A DNA stretch of 64,000 bases from Balanoglossus misakiensis (taxonomy: Eukaryota; Animalia; Hemichordata): assembly GCA_040954595.2 (NCBI GenBank), contig CM082592.2:1488001-1552000 (forward strand). Reading direction: 5' to 3'. Every line of letters starts with the position of its first letter. Position 1 is the first letter of the stretch. The position numbers and the translations under genes are program-made. The notes beneath the pieces are model-generated. The model searched no databases. It was not told where the DNA came from and saw nothing but the letters and a program-made list of their open reading frames with translations. Shown here piece by piece: positions 38,501 through 49,905 of this stretch.

Positions 38501-39213
38501 CGTATTCGCAGTCCCTTTGGAATTTAAATTATTAGAAATTTTGGCCTGTGTCAAAATATTCCAGCGTGATCCCTGTTTCACAACTTTAAAAGATTCTCCT
38601 GTTGATTTTAAATGAAATAGGAGGAAGAAACCGACGTTTGTTCTGTATATTTTTTTTATCTACAGCCCATGGGGTTGACATCAAGGTTTTCACTACTCAA
38701 CACAGATGTAGCTACTTTGATGAGACTAACTGGCAAAATGATGGTTGTAAGGTATAAACGCGTTTCCTCAAATTTTGCAATAATTGATATGCTCCATGTA
38801 CTTGCAAGCGATGAAACTAAAGACAAGTGACATTTAGTGTGATTTTTGGGGATACTGTGGAAAAATATGCAATAAAAACTAAAAATACAGAAGGTACTGC
38901 ATCTTAAGATTAATGCTGACACGTGGAAAATACCGTAAACGTAAAAAATGTACTGATTCACGTGAGGGCGCTTTTCCTTGTTTAAATTAACGCTGGGATG
39001 TGAACCAGGTGTTTGATCTTGTTTCACTTGCAAAAGAAACGCCCACTGCTGTGTCAATATGCATTTTTTCTGCTCGATTATTTGCAGGTGTCACCAAAAT
39101 CCAACTTCAATTCTACCCTGTGTCTGTGTAATCACCTGACCGTTTTCAGTGCAATGGTGGGAGTTGTTGAATCTGATGGACGATTCCACGATGAGCGCAG
39201 GGTCGTCCATTAG
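32569..39213 (+). CDS. CTL-CTL-GAIN/GPS protein, copy 2 (tandem paralog)
   Basis: Same 13-exon structure with conserved splice sites and open frames in the exons checked. Ends ...CLCNHLTVFSAMVGVVESDGRFHDERRVVH*. Confidence 0.78.
34696..34871. mobile_element. Tc1/mariner-type MITE in intron 4 of copy 2
   Basis: Perfect ~53-bp inverted arms (34702-34754 / 34813-34865) and TA duplication. The empty site gtcttaaacaa is present in copy 1 near 25664. Confidence 0.8.
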
Positions 39214-39494
39214 ATCTCGAGATGTGACAAAATAAGCTTATGGGACAAGTTCTGAACTAATAATGTACCATTGACATAATAAGCTGTCACTTGCCATTGT
39301 AATAAACCATAATTTCACTTGTCATCAGGGTGGAGTTATATTCTGTAACTTCAAAACAAATTGTATGTGTTGACCTTGAATTACTCTGGATTATTCTGGT
39401 TGATATTAAAGCGTTCACTTAAAGTGCAGTATGTATGTATGGCGCCTTTTCCCATCGAATGAAATTACGCTTCATGTGATGATGCTCTGATGGA

Positions 39495-39582
39495 TGGAAG
39501 GGAGGGAGGGAAGGAGGGATGGAGGGACTCCCTATAGGGAGGGAGGGAGGGAATGAGGGAGGAATGGAGGGAGTTGCTGTTT

Positions 39583-39640
<58 letters not shown>
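39495..39640. repeat. (GGGA)n-like tract followed by (GTT)n microsatellite
   Basis: Direct inspection. Confidence 0.9.
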
Positions 39641-41387
39641 AAAAATAGCTTTTTCTAGATGGGGTTCTTTACAAAACTTTTGAAAAGTTCGCATACTATA
39701 CATAAAGGTAGACAATCGATTTTTTGGAAAATGGATATTTGAGGAATAAACTATGCCGTATTTGGGAAGATTTTGCAGATACTTGGTCACTATGTGTGCC
39801 GTTTTGAATTCCTGGACATATTTATCTTCACCGACATCTCCCGCAGCGGAAGTAAGTCATCACATGAATATTGCAAATGTGTAATGTAGATGACATGACA
39901 GGCGATAAAATCTTACAATTGGATTTTTAGAGTTGCAATTTTTTGAATAAGAAATGTTGCCATAAATAAATTAAAGCCACTCTTTCAGGATCTACCTCAG
40001 AACCCTAACCGATGGGTTAGCCTCTGGGAATCCGTATTGTAGCATTATTGTTGACGTGGACAATGCACTAAAGACAAGTTATTGAATATATATCACATGT
40101 ACACTCAAAGGAAATGTATAAGTGCGGGACAATTTGCCGAATTTTCATTGATTGGGGTCAGACGCAAAATGTGTCACCCATGGATAGCCTGAGAAGACGT
40201 AAATTGTTACAATGTTGTCGTGAAATCCCTTTGACGTTAACGATCATCGCCACATTCGTCGAAAGCATTTAAAAATGTTGCATTCCTCACGGAGTGGGAG
40301 ACGATCGATTTTGGGAATGTTGATATTGAAGGGGGGTGGCATGTATGTCGTATTTGGGTAAATTTTGCAGATACTTTTGTATACCAGATGTGCTGAATTC
40401 ATACTCGCATATGTCACAACATATCCCGCAGCAGCAGACGTAAGTCAATATCTGAATAATGCAAATGTTTAATGCAGATGACATGAGAGGCGGTAGAATA
40501 TTACAAATTGTATTTTTATAACTACAGAATTTTAGAATAAAGATGTGACCATAAATAAATTAAAGCCACTCTCTTAAGATCTAATCCAGGGGCCCTTACC
40601 GGAGGATTAACCTCTGGGAAACCGCATTGTAGCATTATCATTTGTGTGGTCAATGCATGAAAGGCAAGGCATTAAATATATATCACATGTACACTCAAGA
40701 GAAATGAATATTTGCAGGACAATAAGCCGAAATTCCATTAGTTGGGTGAAACAGTCGAGGAATTAAAGTTGATATTTTCAGGTACGTATTTCCTTGATTT
40801 AAACAATAGACCAGGGAAACTTGTCATTCGATATTTGCAATACTGTTTTCAAATATAATTTCCAACGAATTTTAATTGTTCAAACGTGCATCCATTTACA
40901 TTTTTCATTGTGCCCTTCAGCAGGTACCGTGTGTACATGCACACAGACTATCTTCTTGTTATCTCGAGGGTAGTGGCAATTGACGCAGTAACGTTCCAGT
41001 TGGTTGGCCCTAACAACCCCTAGGATGTATCTGCTAACAAAAAGATGAAAGAACACGACATAGCGTCTCCATTTATCCCATGCTCTCTGCGGTGGTTGCT
41101 ATTCTTTACAAAACATAATAATTTCTCAAGTCCCCTGTACACTTTTAATGTCCTTCAGCAGTTGGTGTGTGTACATGCTCAAAGACTCTCTCCTTGTTAT
41201 CTTAAAAAAGGCGTAGGGGAGGGGGAATTGACGCAGCAACGTTCCAGTTCCAAACAACCCGAAGGCATAGCGTCTCCATGGTGCCTTGCTCACACAATCA
41301 GTAGTTACAATTCTTTGCAAAACACGCATAACTTATCAAGCTTTTAATATACAGGTTGATCGCAGATAAGCCGCACAACTCGCAACC

Positions 41388-41499
41388 ATGACTGGCCTGA
41401 GAAGCTGTAAAATGGTGCGAGATTGTCGTGAAATACCCTTAAAGTTAACGCTCATCGTTACATTCGTCATTCTGTCGGTGACATTACTGCAGCAAGCAG
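41388..41499 (+). pseudogene. Exon 1 of a third CTL-GAIN gene copy, truncated by downstream insertions
   Basis: Nearly identical to 32569-32680 including the gtaaga donor. Similarity stops at ~41524. Confidence 0.8.
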
Positions 41500-41799
41500 G
41501 TAAGACATTTTAATTCCTCAAAACCAAGGATAGGTAAGAAATATCAGCAAAGCGACAAATCTACACCGTCTAGATGGAAAGAAAGGCTGTCAAGCAGCGA
41601 AATCGAGATAATTTAGCTGCGCAAGGGGTTTGTCGAGCAGCAAAACCTAGATAGTCTAGCTGCAATTCCAGGGGGTTTTCCCGAAATTCCGTTGGATTTC
41701 AAAATGGCGATCAGGAGTATAAACACTCGCTAACTGTCAGTTTTTCCTGATATTAGGTGTTTAAAAGCAAAATTTCGGAATAAAATGTAGCGCGTTCTG

Positions 41800-42475
41800 G
41801 GACAATAACAATAGCCATGCACAGCTGGAGACGTGTCCGTGCTCCGAGTTTTTTTTTCTATCTTCTTCAAAAGTATTGAGAGTTAAACAAAATCGTTTGG
41901 CACAACTGTTTTCAAATTCATCAGTCCCTGAACGCGCTACATGTTATTCCAAAATGTTGCTTTTCATTCATTCATTTAAGTAAATATCGGGATAAACTTA
42001 CAGTTACAGGGCTTCGTATCCTACGGTGATGCCTTGGGGGGCTCGCCGGCCGTAAGACACAAGGGCCCTGCAGCAATGCATAGCTAGACGTGTCCGTACT
42101 CCTAGTTTTTTTATCTTCTACAAGAGAGTTTCACAAAATCGTTTGGCACAACTATTTTCAAACGCATTATTCCCTGAACGTGCTACATGTTATTCGGAAA
42201 TGTTGCTTTCAAACAAGTAAATATCGGGATAAACTTACAGTTACAGGGCTGTGTACCTTACGGTGATGCATTGGGGGCTCGCCGGCCGTAAGACACAAGG
42301 GCCCTGAAGCCATGCACAGCTAGAGACGTGTCCGTACTCCGAGTTTTTTCTATCTTCTTCAAAAGTATTGAGAGTTAAACAAAATCGTTTGGCACAACTG
42401 TTTTCAAATTCATCAGTCCCTGAACGCGCTACATGTTATTCCAAAATGTTGCTTTTCATTCATTCATTCATTCAT
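41800..42475. repeat. ~250-bp tandem repeat (about 2.7 copies) with internal inverted segments
   Basis: gccatgcacagct..gagacgtgtccgtactccgagttttt recurs near 41815, 42075 and 42310. Confidence 0.75.
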
Positions 42476-42477
42476 TT

Positions 42478-44278
42478 AGACTAGGAAAAGGAATTTCAAT
42501 TTTTCACTGCTTTTTACAAAATTCAATATGGGCGCCATAATCTTCGACCAATCACAATGCTCTTTGCAAACTTGATAGACATCAGTGTAGTGAGCATAGT
42601 CCCCGAATCTTGCGACTCAGTTATTGCCCATTCTGGAGAAGAAGATTTTTGCAGTTTTACTATGGTTTTTCGAAAATCCAATATGGCCGCCATAATCTTC
42701 GACCAATCACAACGCTTCTTATCAAACTTGATAGACATCAGTTAGGTGACCACATACCCCAAACCCCGTGTCTCGGTTATCACCGGTTCTGGAGAAGAAG
42801 ATTTTTAAAATTTAAGCCAGATTTCAGAAAAAAAAATTGTAGCAAAAACACTGCAACATTGACAGCAAAATTTCCAATTATAAAAATGATGGGTAGAAGG
42901 TAGTCTACCTGCATGCCAAATTTGAAGTCGATCTGACTTGTAGTTTCTGAGATCTGAGATTTGCATTTTTTCAGAAAATCCAATATGGCCGCCAGGTCAC
43001 GTGACTAATTAAGTATTCACAAATCGATGCACATCTACTCATTGACCTTGACCACTGTAGCAAGTTTGAGCAGTGTACCTGCAGTAGTTTCTGAGATTTA
43101 GTTGGCCGAAGAATTGACACAAGAATAAAGAAAGAAAGAAAGAAAGAAAGAAAGATTAAAGCTGCAAGCAGCATTGTCCGGGCCCAAGCTCTATTATCTG
43201 ATCTGATTATTAGATATGCACATAATTAATGAGTAGAAACATAATGCTGTGTTTTATCCCATGATATATCAAGATTATATCTATGTTTAGTGCTGATATA
43301 GTGTTAAGTAGGTCAAAGGTCACCCAGAGGTCACCCACAATTAGGACAGAAAATTTTGACCCATAGTGGTCCATGTCCAACAAAAACCAGACCTCTAGAC
43401 CTTTTGGTTAGCCCGGAATTAGGTATGCACATAAATAATGAGTTAAGCAGGTGTCACAGGTGACCCAAAACTTTGGCTTTTCATTATGGCCCCATACCTC
43501 CAAACGCCAAGGCTGTATCTGCTGTGGATGCTGAGATTTGCGAAAGTAGGTCAAAGGTCACCAGAGGTCACCCAACATTTGGGTAAAAAAATTTGACCCC
43601 ATATTTGTCCTGTCCAACAAAAACAAAACCTCTAGGTCTATTGGTTCGCCTGTATTTAGCTATGCACATAATTAATGAGGTCAGCAGGGGTCAAAGGGGT
43701 CGTGAAAAGTAGCAACATTTTTTGATCACACACTAATCCACAAAAACCAAACTTATAGCGTGGAATTAGATATTCAGAAGAATGATGCGTCAAAAGTAGG
43801 TCAAAGGTCATTGCCAAAATTACCAAAATATTCATAGCATATTGTAGTCTTATGATGATTCATATCCATAAAAAGAATTTCTGTGCTATCAATTTTTAGG
43901 CTAGAAAGGAAAATTTTACTTTTTAATCGTTTTTCACAAAATCCAATATGGCCGCCATAATCTTCGACCAATCACATTCCTCTTCGCAAACTTGATAGAC
44001 ATCTGTTTAATGACCACACACACCAAATCTTGTGACTCGGTTATCGCTGGTTCTTGAGAAGAAGATTTTTCAAATTCTACTAGGGTTTTTCGAAAATCCA
44101 ATATGGCCGCCATAATCTTCGACCAATCACAATGATCTTCGCAAACTTGATAGACATTAGTTAGGTGACCACATACCCCAAATGGCGTGACTCAGTTATC
44201 GCCGGTTCTGGAGAAGAAGATTTTTGAAATTTTGACTAGATTTCAGAAAAACAACTGTAGCAAAAAAACTGCAACATT
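42478..44278 (-). mobile_element. HINE-like elements (a partial unit plus the 3' part of unit C, from 43158)
   Basis: High similarity to 13593-15297. Unit C is interrupted at 44278 and resumes at 56746. Confidence 0.75.
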
Positions 44279-44383
44279 CACTGCGGCCCAGGGCGCCCCT
44301 GTTTTGTCCAATGCTTCGCGGAGCATGCATATCTATTCTGGGGTCACTGTTGGGGTCATTTCCGTTGGTTACGGTAAATCAAG

Positions 44384-45002
44384 ATGGCGGCGCCCACGAT
44401 GAAACTTGCGAAGATTGTCAAGCGTAAGCTGCGTGATACAAAATTTGATTTGATTAGGTAGGGGAGTGATTTCCAGTGCAACCTGCATGGTTTGTTTGAT
44501 GAGCTGGACGCAAATGTTGAATCCGCTATCAAGAGACATGATAAAATCACAGCTGATAAGGTAAAGCTCCGCCAGATAGCATCGTACCCAATTTTTGAGC
44601 GAGAAATGGATCATTGGCGCTCGAAAGTGACCCAGAAACTGAAGCCGTCTTGTTCGATGCGGAATCCTTGGAAGGGGAGCTTCAGTAGAAACATCCCACT
44701 AGAAGTATTTGAGCTTGTTTTACTATGCAACTCGCAATTCAATGGGAATTGAAGAATGTGTCACACCACGTATAATCACGCTGAAGTTCACCTGGATAAA
44801 CAAAGTCAACTATGTTATTGGTCGAGGAGCTCGCTCTGATAACCAGCAGCTGCTGGTTAGGTCAGTGAAGGGTCAACGGGTGGAAGTGGTCTGTTCCAAT
44901 GAAAAGCCAATGGTTGTGCGGTATAGAAAGACATTTGAAACAGCGACGATCAGCTTTCACTATGGATGCTGGAACAAACATGGAGTGCCTCAACATGTTT
45001 GA
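44384..45002 (+). pseudogene. Second (accessory) gene of the CACT-ended transposon, ~205 aa, unknown function
   Basis: ATG in aagATGG context. MAAPTMKLAKIVKRKLRD... is interrupted by TAG at 44459-44461 and a frameshift near 44715, and ends FHYGCWNKHGVPQHV*. AATAAA at 45161. Confidence 0.55.
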
Positions 45003-45865
45003 ATTGTGGATTATGAGAACTTTGAACTGCCGAGTATTGACGTTTTTTCTGCTTGATTTCTAACAACTTTTCACTTTGAGAAACACTTCTGATATTTCTG
45101 TGGTATTTTGTATTACGCTAGAACCAGCTGTTTTTCTGCAAGTACTCAAGCCCACACAGAAATAAAAACAATGGTAATCAAGGCATGTTATCTTTATTTC
45201 TTACTTTAGATGCAGTGACTTTGTGTATAATGAAATTACAAATTGTAAATTCCATTCATAAATTCATTCGAGTTATACTGTATAAAAAAAAAATTGAAAT
45301 TAACTCTCACCTTTTTAAAGCCAATCAGTTCTTTATCCCCACTGCGTAGTATGTTTTCGTATGATTTAGTAGTGGAGTGGTCAAGGACCCCCTGGTTGGG
45401 GACCCTTGTGTTACGCAGAGAGGAAGGAAAACAGGTTGTCACTCCTCGCGGTACACTGATTTAGGGTGGGTGGGCGGGAGTTTTCCATGCACCATTCGAT
45501 GTGATGTGACACGTGGGTGTATGCGCACTCCAGTTATATATAGGTATCTTATGAATATTCATATTCACTCAACCAATCACTACGCAGTGTAGATAGTTCC
45601 TTATCCCCACTGCGTAGTATGTTTTCGTATGATTTAGTAGTGGAGTGGTCAAGGACCCCCTGGTCCCCCCAAATATTACTTCTTTAGATTCATAATCACC
45701 CCTTCCCTCATGCCTTCTCTCCAAACCTCATCAACACAAAACGACCCCACAACCATATATCAGCACAGATAAGCATTTTCCTTTTATTACATACTGAGAA
45801 AGAGATTATGACATATCAGCCCTCTGTATTACCAGCTAGAGCAAATTAGGTACAATATAATTACA

Positions 45866-47195
45866 TTATGTGAAATACCCTTCTGGCGGAAAAGCGCGTG
45901 ATGATCCACCAAGCTCATTACAATGTCGAAAAGTATCTTGTACTGATGCTAAAGACATATCTCTCAAAATGGTAGCCGTTGAAGAAGGAAGCAACACTTT
46001 TGACAATTGAGTGTAATAGGATGCTGTAGTAGGGGATTTCCAGCCAATATGCTGCATAATCTCAGGAAGTGGTGTACCTGCCATTGCTAACGCAATCGCA
46101 CATGAACTTCGAAAACTATGTATAGTTTCCCCATCAAGTATACCAAGCAATCTCAAATATGACTGTAACCGTGCATTTGCTGCATTTGTAGTTAATGGTA
46201 AAATTTACAACCTTCTTCTCCCTATTTATAGATCGAAAGAGGTATCCCGGGGAAAGAGAAACTTCCATGGACAAACTTAAATCATAATATGCACGAATAG
46301 CCCGAACTGGACACAAGATTTCCTCTACCTGGGGCAATATAGCTACTGTACGTAAACTCCCGTCCCGTAACGTCTTTCCCCATACATGATGTAATAGCAA
46401 TCCCCCATCCGGCAGCTGCGTTATTTCTTCCGTTCTAACATTTGTCAGTAAATCACTTGCTCTATCCCCCGTAAACATAAGTGTAAGTAAGAGTGCTTTA
46501 TCCCTAGCTAAAACAAAAGAATGAAGTGGACGTACAGTAATATGTTGTGGAATTTCCGAATTTATATAATCAATTATCTTCTGTAATTTCCCAGCGAGCA
46601 TAGGGACAGCCTGCTTCGGGACCGCATTTGCTTTCATTTGTTCCTCTGTTACTACTTTCAAATAATCTTTAACTACCTTACTAGCAGCTGGGTTGCCTAA
46701 GCCTAATCTGAAATCCCACTCACCCCCTCTACCTATGCTATCAAATATAGAACGTAACTGTCCAATATAGGAATCCACTGTTTTAAACGCCAGTCGTGTT
46801 GGACACCCACAAAATCGATCTCTAGCTACACAACCTCCATTATGAACAATAGTACGACCATCAGAATCTTTCCAAATCAAAAACTTAACCACATCCTGGG
46901 GGGCTGCTGCAATGATAGGCTTAGGGGTTGAAAATCCACCACAAAACATCTCGAATTCACGCTGGAGACGGGTCTTCTGCCTACTATATGGCTTGGATTG
47001 GATTTTCTCGGTAATTGCTTCAAATCTCTCATTTACTGCTCTCATGTCAACCGGTGGTATTCGTTTAGGTTGTCTTGAAATATTAGTAGTATCATTGACA
47101 CCACCACATTGTTGACAAAAATTATATCCTATGTCATTCGGATAGGAGCATTGATTACACCGAACGGCTGGCAGCCATAAACGAGGTGCCCCTAC
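45866..47195 (-). pseudogene. Tyrosine recombinase with N-terminal zinc ribbon; one frameshift
   Basis: CNQC..NFCQQCG ribbon; catalytic motifs FTGDRASDL, GKT, HSFRSSCA, HIGWKSPTTASYY. Frame break near 46190. Confidence 0.88.
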
Positions 47196-47364
47196 CTAGC
47201 AAAGAGGATAAACAAAACAGAAAAGAATCCTAAGGTGATAATGTTTACATTAACAAAAACATTATAGAAGGCACTATACATGTACATGATACGAACCACC
47301 TATCAATATATTTCCTACACTACCAGTCAAAGCTATATAGATACGAGTAACGCATAGGGGTCTA

Positions 47365-49566
47365 TTATGTATTACTCCCACAGAAATCTAGCCGAAAGGC
47401 CCACATATCATACAAAGATGGCACTTTTACCCAGCCACGTGACTTTGTTGGTACTTCAAAAGCAACATCACCCGCATCTACAAGTTTTACGGCCCCAACT
47501 GCCCTCCTTTCAATCAATGGCCACCAATAACGTCTAGGTAGTATGAGAGGGATGACCATCGTCACTTGTATATCATACTGTTCCTCAAGGAAACATAAAA
47601 CCGGCCCTATAGTCGAATACGGTGGGAAAACATAACAATTTTCCCCTCGGAGACATTGCGTAAAGAGGTCCACCCCCGAAGATTGCGGTATTTTCCAAAG
47701 TGTAAAGTGCTTAAGCGGATGTCCCCTACGATCCTTCTGGACATTCGAGTCCAGAGCCATAAGGTCAACGGTATGACAATGCCTTCCACCGAACCTGTCT
47801 TGGAGAACATCCCATAATTCTGGAAGAAGTCGAGCATCTGCCGGAGATAGTTTCCGTGAGGGCTCATCTGCCACATTATCACCTGATTTAATATAGGATA
47901 ATTTCAGAGAAATATCTAACTTCGTAACAGTTTCAAACAACCGCTTGGTGGCGCTATTCAGATCTGGGTTCCTACTACCCATACTTTCCCAACAACCTAT
48001 AATCACCTTGTTGTCTACAAAGGCATTAACCCTCCGTCCTCTCACTTTCCCCTCAAGCGCCTGTAGCACACAGATTAAGGCCCGCATTTCTTTATAAGCT
48101 ATAGGTATCCCGACATATCTATGTGGCCAGTAATCACCTATCGTTGTTATTTCCCCATCTGCTTGTACGGATCCTCCCCATCCTGACATCGACGCATCTG
48201 TGGTTATTGAAATACTTGTGTGCTTTTCCTGTAACCAGGGTGACCAATCCTTCCCTACATCGACACATTCCCAGAACCTAATCTCATTTGCCAGATCTCT
48301 AGTCACTGGGATCTGTACCTTCAGCGCTCTATTAGCTTTAGAAATCTCTGCTGTCATTTTCCGTATGAACAACTTTGAAGCAGGTATAACTAAGGTCAGA
48401 GAAACACATTTCCCTACAAATCTTTGCAACGTTTTGATAGAGATAGACTTCTCCTTCAAAATACTTTCTCTTAATTCTCTAAACCTACGTTTTTTTAACT
48501 CTGGGATCGCAAACGCTTTACGAATAGTATCGACTAGAAAACCAAGAAATTCAAGGACCGTAGTTGGTGTAATAGTACACTTGTCTAAGCCAATGAAATA
48601 ACCCAAAGAGATTACAACATAACACATGATATAACAAGCAGCATCAGCCTTCTCAACATTTGACCAATTATTCATTATCTGTAATTGCCCAGCGTGCCGG
48701 TCATCGATATAGAGTGACGATGGTACGCCATATTTCCGTATTTCATTCATTACACACAGACCCATAGTTTGATATACAAAAGGAGAACACTTCCATCCAA
48801 ATGGAAGTGTTGTACACACCAACCACCAACCTCCCCATTGAATACCCATCAATACTCTACTTGTAAATGTTAAACTAACATTATCATACCCAGATTTATC
48901 ATCGATCTTTGTCTGATAGTGGCCCTGGCCTAGATAACGTGGGAGATTAAATATCTGATCAAGTTTGAAGGGAACATCTTTCATCCAGTTATTAAGGTAT
49001 CTCTGATCATGACAAAGACGCGGTTTAGTGGGTTCAACCGTTAATGGCATGACAATATAAGGTGGTCTTACTTCCCCCACCTTTCCCCACACTTCTACAG
49101 CTCCTGTTCTAATCCTTTCCAATAAAGTCATAGATATGAAATCACTAAATTGTTTACAATTATCATTATTGGAAAAATATATCGGTGGCGGAAAAGCACA
49201 ATCGTATGTTCTACCCTTAAATGTTCCTTGAAATGGTACCATGTAATGAAATACAGAGACTCCGTGACGAATCCAAGACATAACCAAATTTCTTTGATCT
49301 TGACCGGTCAGAATATCGTCCCACGCCTCTAGTTGTGTGTGGACCTGACCAGCTACAAATATACGTTGGTCACGAAATGGCAAATCCTTCGCAGAAGCCT
49401 TCACCTTGCCATCTGCTACCATGCATGGGTGGGGTCTAGCCATAGTAGGAGGAGACTCGAGCCCGGCTTTCCATCCCGTCCATCGAACTTGTCTAAGCAG
49501 TCTGTCTTTCATTGCCTCTTTTGGATCAAAAATCACATTACGTTCCCATGCACTCATACCAGACAT
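47365..49566 (-). CDS. DIRS/PAT pol: reverse transcriptase + RNase H + methyltransferase-like domain
   Basis: KPRLCHDQRYLN, DDKSGYDNV, LPFGWKCSP, YIDD; RNase H TDASMSGWGG; MT-like VDLMA...GVDLF...YVFPPY...YWWP. 733-aa open frame. Confidence 0.92.
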   Translation of the reverse strand: MSGMSAWERNVIFDPKEAMKDRLLRQVRWTGWKAGLESPPTMARPHPCMVADGKVKASAKDLPFRDQRIFVAGQVHTQLEAWDDILTGQDQRNLVMSWIRHGVSVFHYMVPFQGTFKGRTYDCAFPPPIYFSNNDNCKQFSDFISMTLLERIRTGAVEVWGKVGEVRPPYIVMPLTVEPTKPRLCHDQRYLNNWMKDVPFKLDQIFNLPRYLGQGHYQTKIDDKSGYDNVSLTFTSRVLMGIQWGGWWLVCTTLPFGWKCSPFVYQTMGLCVMNEIRKYGVPSSLYIDDRHAGQLQIMNNWSNVEKADAACYIMCYVVISLGYFIGLDKCTITPTTVLEFLGFLVDTIRKAFAIPELKKRRFRELRESILKEKSISIKTLQRFVGKCVSLTLVIPASKLFIRKMTAEISKANRALKVQIPVTRDLANEIRFWECVDVGKDWSPWLQEKHTSISITTDASMSGWGGSVQADGEITTIGDYWPHRYVGIPIAYKEMRALICVLQALEGKVRGRRVNAFVDNKVIIGCWESMGSRNPDLNSATKRLFETVTKLDISLKLSYIKSGDNVADEPSRKLSPADARLLPELWDVLQDRFGGRHCHTVDLMALDSNVQKDRRGHPLKHFTLWKIPQSSGVDLFTQCLRGENCYVFPPYSTIGPVLCFLEEQYDIQVTMVIPLILPRRYWWPLIERRAVGAVKLVDAGDVAFEVPTKSRGWVKVPSLYDMWAFRLDFCGSNT

Positions 49567-49683
49567 CGGGTTAAGAGACTAAGAAGAAAAAACCACAGGA
49601 GAAATACTATCAAAAATTTTGTCGGTGAAGAAATAACAGTAGCATAAGACACACAACCAAGGGGTTATAATTAAACCCCCAAG

Positions 49684-49733
<50 letters not shown>

Positions 49734-49905
49734 CAGGCAAGCCAACATTTAGTGAGCTGACTATACCTAAGGGCTATCGAAATAATGACATCAATTAAAC
49801 ATCCCGAAGAAAACAAATTTCACACATCCAATTAGATACACATTGAGAATTCCTTTATTTCTTTATAGCTCCTCAGTATACATATCAGGACTATCAGATT
49901 ACATT

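Noticed and set aside
44384-45002. RAG2-like identity for the partner gene
   Set aside because: Too short, with no kelch GG repeats or PHD finger visible; only its position resembles RAG2L.
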